The notes beneath the pieces were generated by a model. The model searched no databases. It was not told the DNA's origin and was given only the letters and a program-made list of their open reading frames with translations. A stretch of DNA of 64,000 bases from the human T2T-CHM13v2.0 reference genome, Homo sapiens, in NCBI RefSeq assembly GCF_009914755.1, contig NC_060926.1, one strand, 5' to 3'. Each line of letters starts with the position of its first letter. Position 1 is the stretch's first letter. This document shows, one piece after another, positions 43,685 through 59,003 of the stretch. The translations under genes and the position numbers were made by a program.

Positions 43685-45499
43685 TAAAAATATTTTCTAA
43701 CAATTATTCTTAGTGTTGGTCTGGGTGTGAAGTGATGTTAGGAATTTCTGATCACCCAGCTCTGAAAAAAAAACCCATAATAACACTCTTAGGGGTCAGT
43801 CTCCCAAAGAGGGAAGTATCATATTCCTAAAATCAGGTGATCTCCTCATCTGGGAAGAAAAGATACAAGTCCAAGGCTGGCAGAGCAGGCTCTTAATTGT
43901 CAGAGCAGTGGTCTAAATTGAGAGAAGCATACTGATGGAACTAGGAAGCTATAACCCATATTTCCTATAACAGCAGAAGGAAATGGTTGCACCAGGTTGT
44001 ACCAGAGAGAGTACCGTGCTTTGCAAGACCGCCTAGCTGCATTGGTATTCTCTACCTCTGACAGAGGAGGTTTGGAAATAAGGGCGCCACTTCATACATT
44101 TAAACTGATGAGGTTCTTTTGTGGCACATTCTGGAATGGTTAGAGGATGGCTTTGGAATTCCTTCCATAGCAGAGTAGTGGAACATTCTAATAGACCCTA
44201 GGATTCTGAAGATATTTTCCCAGTGTCCTCAGAACTTCTTCAATATAGAGTGAGACTCATCATAATTAACATCTCAAAATCTCTATGTAACTGATGTAAT
44301 GTAGCCACTGGAGAGAGGATTTTTACAAAGTGTTTTGAGTTCCTTCAACATTGTATAAAATATCAATGGTCACTTCAACTGAAACTTGCAATGTGGAATA
44401 TTTACACGTTGCGTGACATTCATTGTGTTGCTAGCCGCATAGCTATGATAGTTAGGTATATGTCAAAAGTGAAGAACACATCCTAGTATAAAGGGCACCA
44501 AACCAGTTATTATCTGCCTTTAGCACCTGCTTTCTCTTGAGATGTTTGTGTCACCAAATATTTCTTAAATATCAGGGAACTGCTTATTTTGCAACTAATC
44601 AATAAAAGGGCAGTTTATGAAATACTGAATGTGAATGTATAACACTGGTCATGAGAAATGATCCTGTTAAATGTTTATCAGGGATCTTTGTATTGAATTA
44701 ATTTAACTTTTTCGTGCTGTGAAATGCTGTCATAAAACAAACGTTTAGATAAATGAGATTATACCAGAGGATGCACAGCATAAATATGTTGTCCTAAGAT
44801 TCTGACCTTCTTTGTTTGCACATATTGAGGAAGAAGTAGAATTGTCTAGGCTTAGTTTTATGCATTTTGGGTTTTTTCCAAGAAATATATTATCCAAAAT
44901 ACTTTCTTATATAATTTATTTCACTTTATTGTCAGGCATAGAAATCACTGAATTAATAGTCTGTCTCATTTAGACATCAAATAAAACCTGGGAATCTAAA
45001 TGGAGGGTAGATGTTAATGACATTTAATCTAGTATAAACATGTTTAAATCCATTGCTTTCCTCTTAACATCTAGCTCATGTCAGCAATACTGAGGATTCA
45101 GAAGTTTTAGATGGGATGAGGAGAAGAAAAAATTTTAACATGGGTCCTGCAAGGGAATGGAAGACTACCTGAGTCACTTTTGTCAGTTCTGAGTAGTCAG
45201 AAGGCAGCATGAAGACATTGCCTACATAAGGGCTGGGACTAGATATAGAGTAAACTAAGAAATAAAGTCCCAAAATAGACTGATCTTAATGAAAAGACTT
45301 GGAGAAGGCAATAACAGGATAATCGTCTATCCTGTAATAGGGAGAACAAGACAACAGCATCCAGGCTATTGGACATGTCTGCATGGAAGTCTTGGATTGC
45401 CAAACTCCATTGCAAACAGTTGAGACATTTGGGGTAAATATAAATGAAAACATTATAAATAATAATATTTTCACTGTCAAGTCATTCATAGCATTAGAA

Positions 45500-46407
45500 A
45501 ATAAAAACCTTACCAGATGAATAACATAATGAACTTAGAAATAATAAATCTTTATTCTATAAAAGATTTTAAAAATTGGCATTTGAGTAGCATCCAGATC
45601 TTGTTCTCTAAAACTCATTTTTCAATTAAAGGAATCAGAGTTTAACATGCTTAAAAGATTTGAATGTGCCAGATGGTTTGGAAGTGCTCAAAAAATCATG
45701 GATATATAAAGGACTCAGGGGTCTACTTGAAGGAGTTCTCAATGTTCTAGTATGGGACAATTTAAACAACAAATTAAGTAACAATAGTAACAGATTGTAG
45801 CCAATAGAATAAGGTAAGTATCCATGCATGATAGATATTAACATGAATAAGAAATTGAATGCATAACAAATAGGAAGGCATGCATTCTTCCATAAAGTAC
45901 AATTCCAAGTAATTTCTATAGAATGCACAATGGAAATATAAAATAACCACGAAGCAAACTCCAGAGCAATTGGGGCAGAAAAGAGACACTGATGTATTTA
46001 ACATAGATGACAAATAGGACATTTGCATAATCTCAAAGTATCTTCCCACAGATATGCCTTAATTTCAAAGAAGAAAACCCAACTTTGCATGAGCAGTAAT
46101 AAGACATGTGGATATCAAGCACCCCCTACTCTAATGCACTTGAAAGCATCTAACATTACCTCTGTTGTATTATTGCCAAATACCTGTAAACTCAATGTAT
46201 TAAGAAGAAAACCGCAGACAAACCCAAGCTAAGGGACATTCTACTAACTGCCTGCCAGTATTCTTTAGAAGTATCAAGGCCTGAAACACGATAAAAGACT
46301 GAGGAACTTTCAGATTAGTCGAGACACAGGAGGCATGACAGCTGAGTGCAATGTGGAATTCTGAATTTGATCCTGGGCCAGAAAAAAAAATTAATGGGAA
46401 AACTTTA
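45500..46407 (+). mobile_element. Old L1MC-type 3' end, left part (host of the L1HS insertion)
   Basis: CCAGATCTTGTT...GAAGTGCTCAAAAA...GGGACAATTT...GCAATGTGGAATTCTGAATTTGATCCTGG resembles the L1MC3/4 3'UTR. Left boundary is approximate. Confidence 0.75.
46399..46407 (+). repeat. Left target-site duplication AAAACTTTA (right copy 52655-52663)
   Basis: The same 8-9 nt sit before the L1 5' end and after the second poly(A). Removing the insert restores a continuous L1MC 3' end. Confidence 0.75.
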
Positions 46408-46410
46408 GTT

Positions 46411-47320
46411 GGAGGAGCCAAGATGGCCGAATAGGAACAGCTCCGGTCTACAGCTCCCAGCGTGAGCGACGCAGAAGACAGGTGATTTCTGCATTTCCAT
46501 CTGAGGTACCGGGTTCATCTCACTAGGGAGTGCCAGACAGTGGGCGCAGGCCAGTGTGTGTGCGCACCGTGCGCGAGCCGAAGCAGGGCGAGGCATTGCC
46601 TCACCTGGGAAGCGCAAGGGGTCAGGGAGTTCCCTTTCCGAGTCAAAGAAAGGGGTGACGGACGCACCTGGAAAATCGGGTCACTCCCACCCGAATATTG
46701 CGCTTTTCAGACCGGCTTAAGAAACGGCGCACCACGAGACTATATCCCACACCTGGCTCAGAGGGTCCTACGCCCACGGAATCTCGCTGATTGCTAGCAC
46801 AGCAGTCTGAGATCAAACTGCAAGGCGGCAACGAGGCTGGGGGAGGGGCGCCCGCCATTGCCCAGGCTTGCTTAGGTAAACAAAGCAGCGGGGAAGCTCG
46901 AACTGGGTGGAGCCCACCACAGCTCAAGGAGGCCTGCCTGCCTCTGTAGGCTCCACCTCTGGGGGCAGGGCACAGACAAACAAAAAGACAGCAGTAACCT
47001 CTGCAGACTTAAGTGTCCCTGTCTGACAGCTTTGAAGAGAGCAGTGGTTCTCCCAGCACGCAGCTGGAGATCTGAGAACGGGCAGACTGCCTCCTCAAGT
47101 GGGTCCCTGACCCCTGACCCCTAACCCCCGAGCAGCCTAACTGGGAGGCACCCCCCAGCAGGGGCACACTGACACCTCACACTGCAGGGTATTCCAACAG
47201 ACCTGCAGCTGAGGGTCCTGTCTGTTAGAAGGAAAACTAACAACCAGAAAGGACATCTACACCGAAAACCCATCTGTACATCACCATCATCAAAGACCAA
47301 AAGTAGATAAAACCACAAAG
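46411..47320 (+). promoter_or_regulatory. L1 5'UTR: internal sense promoter, antisense promoter, CpG island
   Basis: Intact YY1 site CAAGATGGCCG at 46419-46429. CpGs are dense here in an otherwise CpG-depleted window. The roughly 900-nt length is typical of L1PA2/L1HS. Confidence 0.93.
46643..46858 (-). CDS. ORF0: L1 antisense ORF0 (71 aa, MAGAPPPASLPPCSLISDCC...RHPFL)
   Basis: ATG at 46858-46856 inside the 94-aa ORF-track entry. The sequence matches primate L1 ORF0. Confidence 0.85.
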   Translation of the reverse strand: MAGAPPPASLPPCSLISDCCASNQRDSVGVGPSEPGVGYSLVVRRFLSRSEKRNIRVGVTRFSRCVRHPFL

Positions 47321-48337
47321 ATGGGGAAAAAACAGAACAGAAAAACTGGAAACTCTAAAACGCAGAGCGCCTCTCCTCCTCCAAAGGAACGCAGTTCCTC
47401 ACCAGCAACAGAACAAAGCTGGATGGAGAATGATTTTGACGAGCTGAGAGAAGAAGGCTTCAGACGATCAAATTACTCTGAGCTACAGGAGGACATTCAA
47501 ACCAAAGGCAAAGAAGTTGAAAACTTTGAAACAAATTTAGAAGAATGTATAACTAGAATAACCAATACAGAGAAGTGCTTAAAGGAGCTGATGGAGCTGA
47601 AAACCAAGGCTCGAGAACTACGTGAAGAATGCAGAAGCCTCAGGAGCCGATGCGATCAACTGGAAGAAAGGGTATCAGCAATGGAAGATGAAATGAATGA
47701 AATGAAGCGAGAAGGGAAGTTTAGAGAAAAAAGAATAAAAAGAAATGAGCAAAGCCTCCAAGAAATATGGGACTATGTGAAAAGACCAAATCTACGTCTG
47801 ATTGGTGTACCTGAAAGTGATGTGGAGAATGGAACCAAGTTGGAAAACACTCTGCAGGATATTATCCAGGAGAACTTCCCCAATCTAGCAAGGCAGGCCA
47901 ACGTTCAGATTCAGGAAATACAGAGAACTCCACAAAGATACTCCTCGAGAAGAGCAACTCCAAGACACATAATTGTCAGATTCACCAAAGTTGAAATGAA
48001 GGAAAAAATGTTAAGGGCAGCCAGAGAGAAAGGTCGGGTTACCCTCAAAGGAAAGCCCATCAGACTAACAGCGGATCTCTCGGCAGAAACCCTACAAGCC
48101 AGAAGAGAGTGGGGGCCAATATTCAACATTCTTAAAGAAAAGAATTTTCAACCCAGAATTTCATATCCAGCCAAACTAAGCTTCATAAGTGAAGGAGAAA
48201 TAAAATACTTTATAGACAAGCAAATGCTGAGAGATTTTGTCACCACCAGGCCTGCCCTAAAAGAGCTCCTGAAGGAAGCCCTAAACATGGAAAGGAACAA
48301 CCGGTACCAGCCGCTGCAAAATCATGCCAAAATGTAA
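47321..48337 (+). CDS. ORF1: LINE-1 ORF1p RNA-binding / nucleic-acid chaperone (338 aa)
   Basis: MGKKQNRKTG start, coiled coil, and intact REKG, ARR and YPAKLS motifs. Confidence 0.98.
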   Translation: MGKKQNRKTGNSKTQSASPPPKERSSSPATEQSWMENDFDELREEGFRRSNYSELQEDIQTKGKEVENFETNLEECITRITNTEKCLKELMELKTKARELREECRSLRSRCDQLEERVSAMEDEMNEMKREGKFREKRIKRNEQSLQEIWDYVKRPNLRLIGVPESDVENGTKLENTLQDIIQENFPNLARQANVQIQEIQRTPQRYSSRRATPRHIIVRFTKVEMKEKMLRAAREKGRVTLKGKPIRLTADLSAETLQARREWGPIFNILKEKNFQPRISYPAKLSFISEGEIKYFIDKQMLRDFVTTRPALKELLKEALNMERNNRYQPLQNHAKM

Positions 48338-48376
48338 AGACCATCGAGACTAGGAAGAAACTGCATCAACTAATGA

Positions 48377-52228
<3,852 letters not shown>

Positions 52229-52465
52229 ACAATGAGATCACTTGGACACAGGAAGGGGAATATCACACTCTGGGGACTGTGGTGGGGTCGGGGGAGGGGG
52301 GAGGGATAGCATTGGGAGATATACCTAATGCTAGATGACACGTTAGTGGGTGCAGCGCACCAGCATGGCACATGTATACATATGTAACTAACCTGCACAA
52401 TGTGCACATGTACCCTAAAACTTAGAGTATAATAAAAAAAAAAAAATTAAAAAAAAAAAAAAAAA
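52229..52465 (+). terminator. L1 3'UTR with G-rich tract, AATAAA and interrupted poly(A) (A13-TT-A17)
   Basis: G-tract at about 52272-52317, AATAAA at 52431-52436, A-tract at 52434-52465. Confidence 0.93.
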
Positions 52466-52658
52466 TTTGAAGGCTTAATTTAATGTGTAGGTAAGGCTTC
52501 CAATACTGCATTTCAATAGCACTTCTGGATGTCTTCAAATTACAATATGGTAGGACAGCAATGATGTTAATGATATTTACGTTGAATCCATTCTTCAATT
52601 GCAGTGTAATGTCAAAAATTAAAGCCTGGATTCCTCAGTCTATCAAAAAAAAAAAAAA
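52466..52658 (+). other. L1 3'-transduced segment (about 180 bp) with its own ATTAAA and second poly(A)
   Basis: Non-L1 sequence lies between the L1 poly(A) and an A14 tract (52645-52658). ATTAAA at 52618-52623 is 21 nt before the A tract. The TSD follows the second tail. Confidence 0.88.
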
Positions 52659-52853
52659 CTTTAAAAATTTGAGTAAGATCTAAAGGTGAGTTAATAGTAT
52701 TATGTCAGTGTTAATTTCCTCATTTCAGTAACTGTACTATGGTTATGTAAATGATGATGTCATTAGGGGAAACTAGTTTAAGGGTTTACAGGAATTGTGT
52801 ACTACATTTACACATTTTTAATCCTATAAATATTATACAATAAAAAGTAAAAA
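52655..52853 (+). mobile_element. Old L1MC-type 3' end, right part
   Basis: TTAATAGTATTATGTCAGTGTTAATTTCCT...CATTAGGGGAAACT...AATAAAAAGT continues the left part. Confidence 0.78.
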
Positions 52854-52878
52854 TGAGAAAAATGTGGGCTTTGACTTC

Positions 52879-53135
52879 TTTTTTTTTTTGACCGAGTCTC
52901 CATCTCAGCTCACTGCAACCTCCGCCTCCCGGGTTCAAGTGATTATCCTGCCTCAGCCTCCCTAGAAGCTGGGACTACAGGTGCGCACCACCTCGCCCAG
53001 CTAATTTTTGTATTTTTAGTAGAGATCAGGTTTCACCATGTTGGCCAGGGTGGTCTCAATTTCTTGACCTCGTGATCCCCCCACCTCGGCCTCCCAAAGT
53101 GCTGGGATTACACGTGTGAGCAGCCACGCCTGGCC
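52879..53135 (-). mobile_element. AluS with about 30-nt right-arm deletion
   Basis: GAGTCTCCATCTCAGCTCACTG lacks GCCCAGGCTGGAGTGCAG. TSD TGAC(T/C)TCTTT. Confidence 0.93.
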
Positions 53136-54029
53136 TGACCTCTTTATTTTAGCAAAAGCACTATTTATTGTTGGGTTCTAAGAAATTGCTAGTGTATGTA
53201 CATTGTAGAAATAGCCATCTGGCATTTGGATATATGCTTTGTTGCGTGGCTGAGCCCTACTGAATTTCATCTTTAAGGCAAAAACGTTAGTGACCTCTTT
53301 TCTCTAAGTGATGCTTTAAGTGGTACTTTACCACAAGTACTGCCTCTCTAAATTACTGAAGGTTCCACGGAGAATTCTTGGCCAGGATCAGTTAGGGCTG
53401 ATGATCAGTTATGAGGCAATTTTAAAGATGCAGAAGCAGTAAGAACCTTTTTCTGCAAAATTTGTCACATCATCTACAAGGTTCTTGATAATATTTGTTC
53501 TATTGCAATTGAGTTTAAAGAGATTGAGAAAATGTCCCTTCTGTGTCTACTATAAAATTAAAGATAGACTATTAAATTTCTCCATCTCCTATAATATGGG
53601 GATAAAAGAAGCAATAAAAACAATTGCTATATAACACTTTTGTTGTGAAAGTAATTTTCAAACACAAATTTCTTAGCAGGTGTAGAGCATTACTGACCTT
53701 TTAAGCTGTTATAAAATTTGTAGTAGGTGGAGATTATAGGAAAATTCCTTGCCCTTGGCTGTTTCCTTGAAGAGAATTGTGTTAGCCCTCATTCCAAGTC
53801 ATCAAATGCCACTTCTTATCGCAGAGCCTATACTTGCACTGTCCTGAGGCCTACTTTCCTCAGCTTTCACCAGCCTCATTTGAATCATCCTTTACTTTTC
53901 AAGATTCAGCACCTAAATTAACTCTACTTGACAGCTCCTCTCCTCTTTTTCTTCTGCCCCTCCATTTATATGAGTCTTGAATAGCATGACCAAGGTACCA
54001 ATCACTGTTTTATAAACGACTACTTAATG

Positions 54030-54176
54030 TCTCAGGATCCCACTCCAAGTTGTAGGCTCCTTGAGGGCAAGGGTTGAATCTTTTTCTTTTCTTATATTTA
54101 GTCTTAGGAGAGTTCCTGGTACATAGTAGATACACAGTAATTATTTGACAGAGAAGTGAATGAGTGAGTGAGTGAA
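54030..54176 (+). mobile_element. L2 3' end
   Basis: TGTAGGCTCCTTGAGGGCAAGG...CCTGGTACATAGTAG...GAATGAGTGAGTGAGTGAA. Confidence 0.8.
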
Positions 54177-54304
54177 CTAGTAAATCGAAAGAGGATTCAA
54201 ATTTGGTGAAACGTAAAACAAGCCCAGAGTACAAACTTGCAAACTTATCTGTAAGTTGGCAAAGTTATTTGCCAACATAAGTAAAATTCTAAAATGTCTA
54301 GTTG

Positions 54305-54606
54305 GGCTGGGCACAGTGGCTTATGCCTGTAATCTCAGCACTTTGGGTGGCCGAGGCAGGCAGATCACTTGAGACCAGGAGTTTGAGACCAGCCTGGCCA
54401 ACATGGTGAAAACCCATCTCTAATAAAAGTGCAAAAATTAGGCGTGGTGATGCACGCCTGTAATCTCAGCTACTCAGGAGGCTGAAGCAGGAGAATTGCT
54501 TGACCCCAGGAGGCAGAGGTTTCAGTGAGCCGAAATCATGCCACTGCACTACAGTCTGGGCAACAGAGCAAGACTTTTTCCCAAAAAATAAAAATAAATA
54601 ATAAAT
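54305..54606 (+). mobile_element. AluSx/Sz
   Basis: Full dimer. Perfect TSD AAAATGTCTAGTTG. Confidence 0.95.
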
Positions 54607-55580
54607 AAAATGTCTAGTTGGCATTTTTTCAGTATGTTTCAGAATTCTATATATCTAGTGTAATACAATAAAATTGTAGTCGGCCTGAACCAAGATGATG
54701 CATTGCTGTGCTGGGTTGAGCACCCCTTCTTACGACCACTCCAGTGCACAACACACACACATAAACTCACCTCTCAAATTTAGGAACTCACTCAATCTTC
54801 ACTTCTGTCCAGATCCCACCTCTGTTTCGAAATTAACCTAACCTGCTCTCATTCCCAAAAGACTGATTAAGTTACTTAAAGGAAAGAATAATATTTGTCT
54901 TTGCTAGATAACATTTACACCTTAATAAAGAGAAGTTAAATCAAAATATACCTAAAATGAACAGTCCTAGATATGACAGAAAAATGAATAAGTTTTCTTT
55001 GTGTTGCTTATACTATGAAGGAGGACGTCTACTGGACCTAAATGTAAGGTCATACCTACATTTGGTATGATCATACCTTCATTTTGGTACAGAACACATT
55101 TAGCACTGATATATTTCAAAAATATGAAATCTCATTTTCACAGGATTTTTTATTAATCTTTCTCCAACCTACCTTTTATTCTTTACTACATTCTTAACCC
55201 TATTTGTTTCATAACTCTTTAGACTGTCATGAACCTTATAGGCATTTTTATTTCTTGTTTACACAAAAATCCTCAGCTTATAATTCTGTATTTTTCAAGT
55301 CCCAAATTATACTTTAAGATCAAATTAATAACTCACATAACCTAAAACAGCTACACAAAAAAATGTTTAAATGAGGAGGTAGGTTAGTTGCTAAGAAAAT
55401 CTGATTCAGTGTATCATTCACATAGAGAATAGGTTCCATTTAATATTTTTTTCCAGTCTTTATCTCCTCAATGAATGTAAATTACACAAAAATGACCTTA
55501 TTTAAGGTGAATTTTGTAGAAAATGCATGCTTTGACTTTTCATAAAATGAATTTTGCTAAGAAGTTCAGTTGACTTGGGG

Positions 55581-55878
<298 letters not shown>

Positions 55879-56094
55879 AAGAAGTTCAGTTGACTAACGC
55901 TTACTGAGCGCCATTTTGGTTTAGATGTTGATTTCTATACATCACATAGAGTTACAATTTAAGAAGTAGAGAGAGATATTATGAAATTTCTAAGTAAATT
56001 TACACTCCTTGTAATTTCTTCAGAATACACATAAAATGCATGTGATTCTCAACTCTATCCTCTAGATTTCATTATGTTTAAAAATTATTTTGCA

Positions 56095-56243
56095 TTGATT
56101 CCATGTCTTTGCTATTGTGAATAGTGCTGCAATGAACATACGCATGCAAATCACCACAGCACACGTTTACCTAAGTAGCAAACTGCATGTACTGCACATG
56201 TATCCCAGAATTTAAAATAAAACAAAATTAAACTAAAAAAAAT
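56095..56243 (+). mobile_element. Very short 5'-inverted L1P insertion
   Basis: Minus-strand ORF2-end piece (about 56095-56148) joined to a plus-strand 3'UTR end and A-rich tail. Confidence 0.8.
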
Positions 56244-56247
56244 TAAT

Positions 56248-56895
<648 letters not shown>

Positions 56896-58229
56896 ACTGA
56901 AAACTTAAAATATTAAGGTAATTAAATCCTAGAAAATGAATTTAAAATATCTACATTTCTTAAATTCAAAATTGATTTTAAAATTGTCTTTTGGCTTTTA
57001 GTGAATTTTTGATAAAATAACCATCTATTCTGTATTTAAAATCATATATTTATTTTTAAGTGGAAGATAAAATAAATACATAAAAATATTTGCTTAGGTT
57101 GAGGGATTGAAGGTTGAAGGATGCTTAATATATTTATATGCCAAGAAAGAGCAGTTTAAGAAATAGCTTTATTTTGATACCATTTAGTATATGCACATAT
57201 CTTGTGAAATATGAAAAACTTGAAAATATATCTCAAACCATGGCAGTCTGAGTAAAACAACTAGTAGATGTTATTTTATTCTGTTTATTTCTCTCTGTTG
57301 CTTATTTCCGCTTGAATATGTATTACTTTTCTAATTTTAGAAGTAAAGAAAATATTTTTAAAAGGAAAAGGAAAAATAAAAAAGAGCAGTAGCCCAGGTA
57401 CTGCTCTTTCAGTACTGGTTTCTTTTCTTTGTGCCAAATAACAAAGAAACCATTGGCAATGTACATGCAACGTACATCCATGTTCCTAAACTTGACTGAT
57501 AAATTTAATGTTGAATGGTCAAGTCAGTATACATTTTTATACCCTTTTACAATTCATTCAAGGGCCAGTTCTGTCTCTATTTTACACCATGTCTTAGAAT
57601 GTCAGTCATTCACCCATTTTAATTCTCGCTTAAAATAAATGATTTAATTTCAAATCTACAGTCTTACAGGGAAACATAGAGCATCTGACAAACTTAAGCA
57701 AGAGATAATTAACTTGTCAACAACATTTTTTCTTCCTGACATAGAGAACTAAAAATTCAAGAGCATTTCAAGTCATTCTGGTGTAATTTTGTATAGAAAG
57801 GGGAATATTTTCTCAGAATTTAGGGCTATTTTCAAAATTCTTTCTTTCCTTGTAGCTAGAAGAAAATTATTATAAGAAAAAAATATTTATCCTGTAGAGA
57901 ACTCAAGTAGAGGTAAAAAAGATTTTACCTTAATTTTAAAAAGATATTTGGCATAAAGTAGGCAACTATGTTGCAAAATAAATTTCCATTTGAAATGTGT
58001 GATTGCAGAAAACCCAACCCTGATAATAGTGTAAAACAAATTGCCCACTGGGTTTTCTGTCATAAATATGGAAGTGTTTCAGTTAGGAAAATGTAAAAAT
58101 AATATTTGCTAGGGAATATTAGAGAACATATCACTGATGAAATTGAAAGTATTCCTCTTGTGCCTTAGCTACTTTATGTTGTCTTTCTCAGAAAAATGAA
58201 ATTATGATAGTTTCCTCTTGATTGAAGAT

Positions 58230-58765
58230 CCAAAAAGGCCCACACATAGTGATTGTTTCATGGGTTTCATAAGATACTTTTAATTTCTTTTTTGCTTGTT
58301 TTTATTTGTTGAAGAAACCTGGACAATTTTCCTGTAGAGTTTCCTTAATTGTTACTTTTTCTAATTGCATCACTACGTTTCTCTGATCTCTGAATGTCTT
58401 TTAAATTGGTAGTTAGAGCTAGGGTTAATTTGGTCAAGTTTGATTGGTTTTTGTTTTGGGGTTTTTTTGTTTTTTTTTTTGTTTTATGATCAACATGGCT
58501 TTAGAAGTGGTATGGATTCTTCCAAGAAAAAAAACATGTTTCTTTTGTTATGTTTGTGGCCATGGATGTCCAGATCCATGAATTCATTAGGTTTGAAAAG
58601 TTGGTTATAAAGGACCTATTCCTGCATCCACTCCTTGTTTACCCAGAGGTAAACATTTTATGTTTCAATCATTTACAGTTATTTTCAGGATCTATATTCC
58701 AATTGTTTCAAATTTGGACATTGGGACATTACTGTGCACTTTTGATACAATCATAATGTCTTTGA
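58230..58765 (-). mobile_element. Old L1ME/MC 3' fragment
   Basis: TTGAAGAAACCTGGACAATTTTCCTGTAGAGTT...GATCCATGAATTCATTAGG. Confidence 0.55.
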
Positions 58766-58855
58766 TAGTCTAGCCCTCAAAAAATTAAAATTTCCTTCCC
58801 ATATCTTATTCAAATAATGGAAATAGTAAAGAATACAATGGATATAAGAAAGTCT

Positions 58856-59003
58856 GACCAGGTGCAGTGGTGCAGACCTGTAGTACCAGCTACTTGGGAG
58901 GCTGAGGCAGTAGGATAGCTCGAGACCAGGAGTTCGAGGTTATAGTGTATTATTATTGTGCCTGTAAATAGCCCCTTCACTTCAGCCTCCATTTCTTAAA
59001 AAA
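58856..59003 (+). mobile_element. FAM (fossil Alu monomer)
   Basis: Single 7SL-derived monomer with the GTGCCTGTAAATAGCC segment that is characteristic of FAM/7SL. Confidence 0.8.

Noticed and set aside
47121-47127. CTAACCC as a telomeric repeat insertion
   Set aside because: It is a single unit, better explained as a mutated CTGACCC duplicate.
52461-52480. TSD immediately after the first L1 poly(A)
   Set aside because: AAAAATTTGAAGG does not match the 5' flank (AAAACTTTA), and the host L1MC resumes only after 52655.
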